Positions 59,480 through 64,000 of a DNA stretch of 64,000 nt are shown here, piece by piece (positions within the stretch are counted from its first letter, which is position 1; each line of letters starts with the position of its first letter). Source of the stretch: a candidate division FCPU426 bacterium (GTDB lineage Bacteria > Oederibacteriota > Muellerivitia > Muellerivitales > Muellerivitaceae); the NCBI GenBank assembly GCA_963830915.1, contig CAWHOE010000019.1:1-64000 (forward strand), given 5' to 3'. The position numbers were made by a program, and so were the translations under genes. The notes under the pieces were generated by a model that was given only the letters and a program-made list of their open reading frames with translations, had not been told where the DNA came from and did not search any database.

Positions 59480-61491
59480 TCAGGGAATTTCCGGGCCCAA
59501 CGGCATATCTTTTTGAAGGCTTTCGATATCTTCCTTGGAGATCTCCATGGTTTTCACGAAAGTCAGGTGCCAGGGACTCTGGAGCTCTCCCCAGACCGCC
59601 CTCGGATACAACTGACGGAGTTTATCCAAGTCCAACTTATTGGGGATGAAAAGCAACATGACGTTTCGGTTAACTTTGTAGTTGATCGGCAATATCAGGT
59701 CCTTGTTGATATCGGTCATCTTGATCTTGTCACGGGTCAGTACATTGACGGTGGAAGAATCGTATTCCCAATCCACCAACAGATGGCAACGGGGGTAATT
59801 GGCCTTGAGGAAATCCGCGACCTCGATCTGATTGAAACAAAGAGGGTCCCAATATTTATCCCCGTAATTGGCTTTCGTGTCGCTGTAAGTGAAATAATAA
59901 ATGCGGGAATTCCAGGCGACCGCCGATATCACGACCAGGGCCAACAAGAAGAACCCTGTTCGTTGGATGCCCCGTGAGAATCCTGAAAAAAACCGGAATA
60001 ACCAATCCAGGCTCCAGCCGGCCGCCAGAAAAATGAAAGGGACGATGAAGAAGTTACGTAACCCATTGACATAAGTCGGGTCGAAACTGGGCCATTGTAT
60101 GGAAAACGCGTTGGCCGCCACCCCGAAAGCGAACCCTGGCAAGATATACCAACTCAGCCGTTTCCGGTAATGGGTGAAAATCAGGACCAAAGCCAGGAGC
60201 AACAAGGCTCCCACTAAGGGGTCCAATTGGGGGCAGGGCGGACAGAACCTTTGATCCTGCGCTTTGTTCTGATGAACGAAGGTCAAAAGGGTCCAACCGA
60301 TCTTCTCGAATATCAGGCCGTAATTACCCGTTTGTTGGACGGCATTGAAAACGCTCAGCTCGCGCGAGCGGGACAAGAATTCCGAAAGATGGGTCAAGGC
60401 GAAGATGAGATAAGGACCGACCCACCAAAAAAAAGCGAAGATGGTCAAGGCCAAACGGCCGGCATAATTTTTGAGGAACGTTCGGCCTTCCGATAGGTGA
60501 ATGCCCAGCAGAACCAACCCGACCAGGAATGGAATCAGGCGGCCAGGAAGATACTCCATGAAGCAAAAACCGACAAAGATCCCCGCTAAAGCGAAATCCG
60601 ATTTTCGGCCATCCATCAGGGCTCGGGCCAGGAAATAGAAGGATAGGATCTCATACAGGACCAGGAGGATATTCTGGAAAGGGGAAAGACTATAAAAGAG
60701 GTACCACCATCCGGTCGACATCAGGAAACCGCTAACAGCGAAGGTCCAGTGGCGAAAAAAAGCCTGCATAAACGATAGAAGAAAAAGAGCCCGGCCACAG
60801 AAACCAACGCCGAGAAAGCCCGGGCTGAGGCGCAGGAGGTCCCGAAAACTTTCAGGAACAGGGCCAGGATACAAAAGTGCATGGAACCGTTCCCGCCCCA
60901 ACCGATAACGTAAGGGGATTGGAGGGACCCATCGAGGACCCTAAAGGCGTCCGTGATATTGTTGGCTTCGTCGATCTGGAGGCCGGTGATATGTTGCCCA
61001 ATGAAAGGGAATCGCATCAATACGGCGATCAATAGGATCAAGGGTAAGACGATCTTTTCGGATAGGGGATTTCGGTCGGCAATGGTTTCCGGGACCTTAT
61101 CTTTGATGAGCCAGAAGAGACCCAAGGCGATCACCCATGAGAATAGGGCTGGAAAGATCAGATGCTGTGAGAAAAGGAATTGACCGATGGAGGCCAGGAT
61201 AACGGTGGAAATAAAGATCAATAAATCGCGGCGCGAAACTTTCAATTTTTGTTTAGGAAATGATAATTTTGCTGAGGCCGGTTTATTTTTCTCCGAGGAA
61301 GGGAAAAGACTTGTGGGAAAAGCTTTCCATATCAACCAGGCGGCTAAAACTTGAAGGGGGATACCCCAGGCCCAATTAGGGACCGGGCCAGTCAGTTGTA
61401 ATGATCCGATGAACCCCGATAGGATCCCTCCAACCCCATAAAGCCAGTCGAGGGTGTGGGTTTTTTTGGCTTTTTTGATCTTCGCTCTCAT
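59480..61491 (-). CDS. GT-C glycosyltransferase without PA14; frameshifted at ~60726-28
   Basis: LMRFP..GLQIDEAN loop. Adding one T joins LLAV to FLMSTGWWY between ORFs 60721..61491 and 59480..60901. Confidence 0.75.
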
Positions 61492-61581
61492 GGAAAATTC
61501 CGATATTAAATAAGTTTAAGATCGATCATACCAATGGTACGGCGTATCCAGGCGGCGTCAGGGGTTACTGAAACCGAGATT

Positions 61582-62286
61582 TCAATCACTGAAACGGTAA
61601 CGGATCAAGCAAACCATCGCCACGATGCCATCCCGCCAGGTGATCTTCTTGCCTTCCTCGAACCCCCTGCCGTGATAAGAAATGGGAACCTCGAAAAGTT
61701 TGTATCCCTTTTTCAGCACCTTGGCGGTCACCTCGGGTTCGAAGTCGAAACGATTGGAACGAAGTCGTAAAGAACGAAGGATCTCGCCCTTGAAAGCTTT
61801 ATAACAGGTTTCCATATCGGTCAGTACAGTGTCGTATAGGAGATTGGTGACAAAGGTCAAAAGCTTATTGCCCACGAAATGCCAGAACATAAAAGCGCGG
61901 TGAACGCCTTTGAAACGTGACCCATAGACCACATCGGCCTTTCCTTGTAATAGGAGATCCAATACTTTCTCGTAGTCGGACGGATCGTATTCAAGGTCCG
62001 CGTCCTGGATGATGACGAAATCCCCCTGGGTATGGGGAATGGCTGTTCTGATCGCGGCTCCTTTGCCTTGATTGTGATCATGCTGAAGGATCAGCCCTCC
62101 AGGAACCCGAAGGTTTTTGAGGATGCGGGCGGTCCCATCCGAGGAGCCGTCATTGACAATAATGATCTGTTTTCGGAGACCGAAGAGTTTTACTTTTTGG
62201 ACCTTTTTTAACAACGGGAGAAGGGTATTTTCCTCGTTGTAGACCGGAATGATGATGGAAAGAAGAGGCTTTTTTTTCTGGGCCAT
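61582..62286 (-). CDS. GT2 glycosyltransferase (DPM-like)
   Basis: PVYNE, NQGKG, QDADLEYDP, VYGSRF, DMETCYK, EGKKITWRDG. Confidence 0.9.
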   Translation of the reverse strand: MAQKKKPLLSIIIPVYNEENTLLPLLKKVQKVKLFGLRKQIIIVNDGSSDGTARILKNLRVPGGLILQHDHNQGKGAAIRTAIPHTQGDFVIIQDADLEYDPSDYEKVLDLLLQGKADVVYGSRFKGVHRAFMFWHFVGNKLLTFVTNLLYDTVLTDMETCYKAFKGEILRSLRLRSNRFDFEPEVTAKVLKKGYKLFEVPISYHGRGFEEGKKITWRDGIVAMVCLIRYRFSD

Positions 62287-62432
62287 GAAACTCTTTCTTG
62301 GCAGCTGATCTGAAACGCGCGATTCTTGAATTCCCAAACAGTCCAACGGTTTCAATTTTGCCCATTCGATCAAGGAAAACAAGGAAAAAGAAAGACTTCT
62401 TCGCTCTTTGGCCCAAACCAATAAAGGTTTTA

Positions 62433-62489
62433 GTCCCTAAGGTCGGGTAATTTTGATCATTTTTTATAAAATTTCCCGACCTTAAGGAC
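62433..62489. repeat. 22-bp imperfect inverted repeat with 13-nt loop
   Basis: GTCCCTAAGGTCGGGTAATTTT ... AAAATTTCCCGACCTTAAGGAC, 2 mismatches. Confidence 0.8.
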
Positions 62490-62559
62490 CGGGCACAATG
62501 ACCGTGGTTTCGCTTGGTAAACCTGAGGCCGTTTACTCGTTTGGATCCGACTGGCTCGG

Positions 62560-63288
62560 TTAGGGTTTTCGGCTTGGTTTTAGGCCGACGCAAAACAATG
62601 AAAGCCCGATAGGCCTGGGAAGATATTTCTCGATCCTCGCGATCAAACGGACGACTCGATCATAGAGAAGGATCTGGGACTTTGGGATGATCTTACGTTT
62701 CAGGATCTTGCCATTGAACCACCAGCCAAGCACGCCCAGCAGGTTCAGGTAACGGCAAAAGTCCACTTGAAATCCAGTTTCCAACATTTTATCCCGCAAG
62801 TCTCCCAAGGCGTATCGACGGAAATGGCCATAACTCTTATCCATCGAACCGTAAAGAGAAGGAAGGGCTGGAACGAAAAGCAGGAGTTTGCCACCTGGCG
62901 GTAGGAGCTTATAACAATGTTCGAGGACTTGACGATCGTCGAACAGGTGTTCCAAAACGTTCACGCAAACGATGGTATCGGCCTTGAACGCCTTTAAGGA
63001 TAGTAGGCCTTTTCCGAGGTCGACTTTTTTAAAAGAGATACCCGATCTTCCTTTCAAACGGGCCTTGGCCGCCAAAAGGTATCCGGAATGGAGATCGACC
63101 GCCAGGATCTTGCCGTGAAGGGCCAGGTCGCCCGTCAGGTTGCCGGTACCGCACCCGATCTCGAGGATCCTGCCGCCAAGGAATGGCTGGAGCATTTGAT
63201 AGATCCAGTGGTTGTAATGGACCGCCTCAGCCAGGTCATCGAGAGTTTCCCTCTGACCATCCCATTTGTTTTTTTGACTAGAGGACAA
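62560..63288 (-). CDS. Class I SAM-dependent methyltransferase
   Basis: LEIGCGTG, NVLEH, VPA..LYG.MD...GHFRRY. Confidence 0.88.
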   Translation of the reverse strand: MSSSQKNKWDGQRETLDDLAEAVHYNHWIYQMLQPFLGGRILEIGCGTGNLTGDLALHGKILAVDLHSGYLLAAKARLKGRSGISFKKVDLGKGLLSLKAFKADTIVCVNVLEHLFDDRQVLEHCYKLLPPGGKLLLFVPALPSLYGSMDKSYGHFRRYALGDLRDKMLETGFQVDFCRYLNLLGVLGWWFNGKILKRKIIPKSQILLYDRVVRLIARIEKYLPRPIGLSLFCVGLKPSRKP

Positions 63289-63454
63289 CTGGGTTCCTTT
63301 ATCTAGATGAGTTATTTGCCTGGGAACAATCTAACTGAAGTATGGTGCTGACACAATGGAAAGGCTGGTCAAAGGCGGGTCAAAGGTTCTTTTTGAGCCA
63401 TTGGATGGTCGTGTCGATGGCCTCGGCTTCCTAGGACGTACCACAAAAGGGGCG

Positions 63455-63478
63455 GGTGCCGGCAAGGGGGCCGGCACC
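63455..63478 (-). terminator. Possible intrinsic terminator after the GH3 gene
   Basis: GGTGCCGGC-N6-GCCGGCACC stem with only a short, offset U tract. Confidence 0.45.
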
Positions 63479-63507
63479 GAGACCAATCATTGAGATCGAA
63501 AAAAAGC

Positions 63508-64000
63508 TTACTGGCCCGCTGAAGCCAATTCAAAACCATCCTTCAGGGTGTCGTCGGTCGAATCCTTGGCCACCCAAAGGTCGTATCGGCCTGGCTCGAT
63601 CACATACTTACCCTTCTCGTTATAGAAACCGAGTTTCTGACCCGAGAGAATAAAGGTGACCGTCTTTGTCTCTCCTGGGGCGAGAGAGACCCTTTGGAAA
63701 TCCATCAACTTCTTGACGGGCTGGGTGATGGAAGCCGCGCTGGTCCTATGGATGTAGAGCTGGACGATCTCGGTGCCGGCGGTTTTTCCGTTGTTGGTGA
63801 TATCAGCCGTCACCTTGAGATTTCCCGAGGAGGAAAGGCTATTGGAGTCGAGGGCCAAGTGCGAGTAGTCGAAATGGGTGTAACTGAGGCCGAACCCAAA
63901 GGGGAATTGGGGTGTGTTGGGCGCGTCGATATATTTGGATTCCCATTTCTCCTTCCCCTGGGCCGGACGGCCGGTATTCATACGGGAATAATAGATGGGG
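63508..64000 (-). CDS. bglX: GH3 beta-glucosidase, C-terminal Fn3-like part (truncated by window)
   Basis: PIYY..NTGRP, SKYID.PN.P.FPFGFGLSYT, EIVQLYI, PVKKL..FQRV.L.PGE. Confidence 0.85.
   Translation of the reverse strand, partial: PIYYSRMNTGRPAQGKEKWESKYIDAPNTPQFPFGFGLSYTHFDYSHLALDSNSLSSSGNLKVTADITNNGKTAGTEIVQLYIHRTSAASITQPVKKLMDFQRVSLAPGETKTVTFILSGQKLGFYNEKGKYVIEPGRYDLWVAKDSTDDTLKDGFELASAGQ

Overview
A 64-kb bacterial region, probably from a diderm (putative outer-membrane barrel, GT9), devoted almost entirely to cell-surface glycosylation. It holds two large paralog arrays. (i) Seven tandem ~820-850 aa GT-C fold (ArnT/PMT-like) membrane glycosyltransferases with a C-terminal PA14-like domain (8244-25957), arranged X-A-B-A-B-A-B, plus two more GT-C genes elsewhere. 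(ii) Directly after them, seven exported NHL beta-propeller + SGNH-like proteins (25984-42286). Around these lie two membrane-anchored NHL proteins, four polyprenyl-phosphate GT2 donor synthases, five SAM methyltransferases (one fused to a GtrA-like domain), nucleotide-sugar enzymes (including an epimerase-aminotransferase fusion and a WecD-like GNAT), LhgO, a GT9, a TPR/beta-barrel protein and a 568-aa lipoprotein made almost wholly of T-x repeats, a plausible glycosylation substrate. Two abutting non-coding arrays with the same 43-bp period lie at ~28058-28547. Six single-base homopolymer indels split four genes and are probably sequencing errors. GH125-like and GH3 glycosidases flank the locus. 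I saw no rRNA, tRNA, CRISPR or transposase. All family assignments come from motif recognition by eye, not from database searches.
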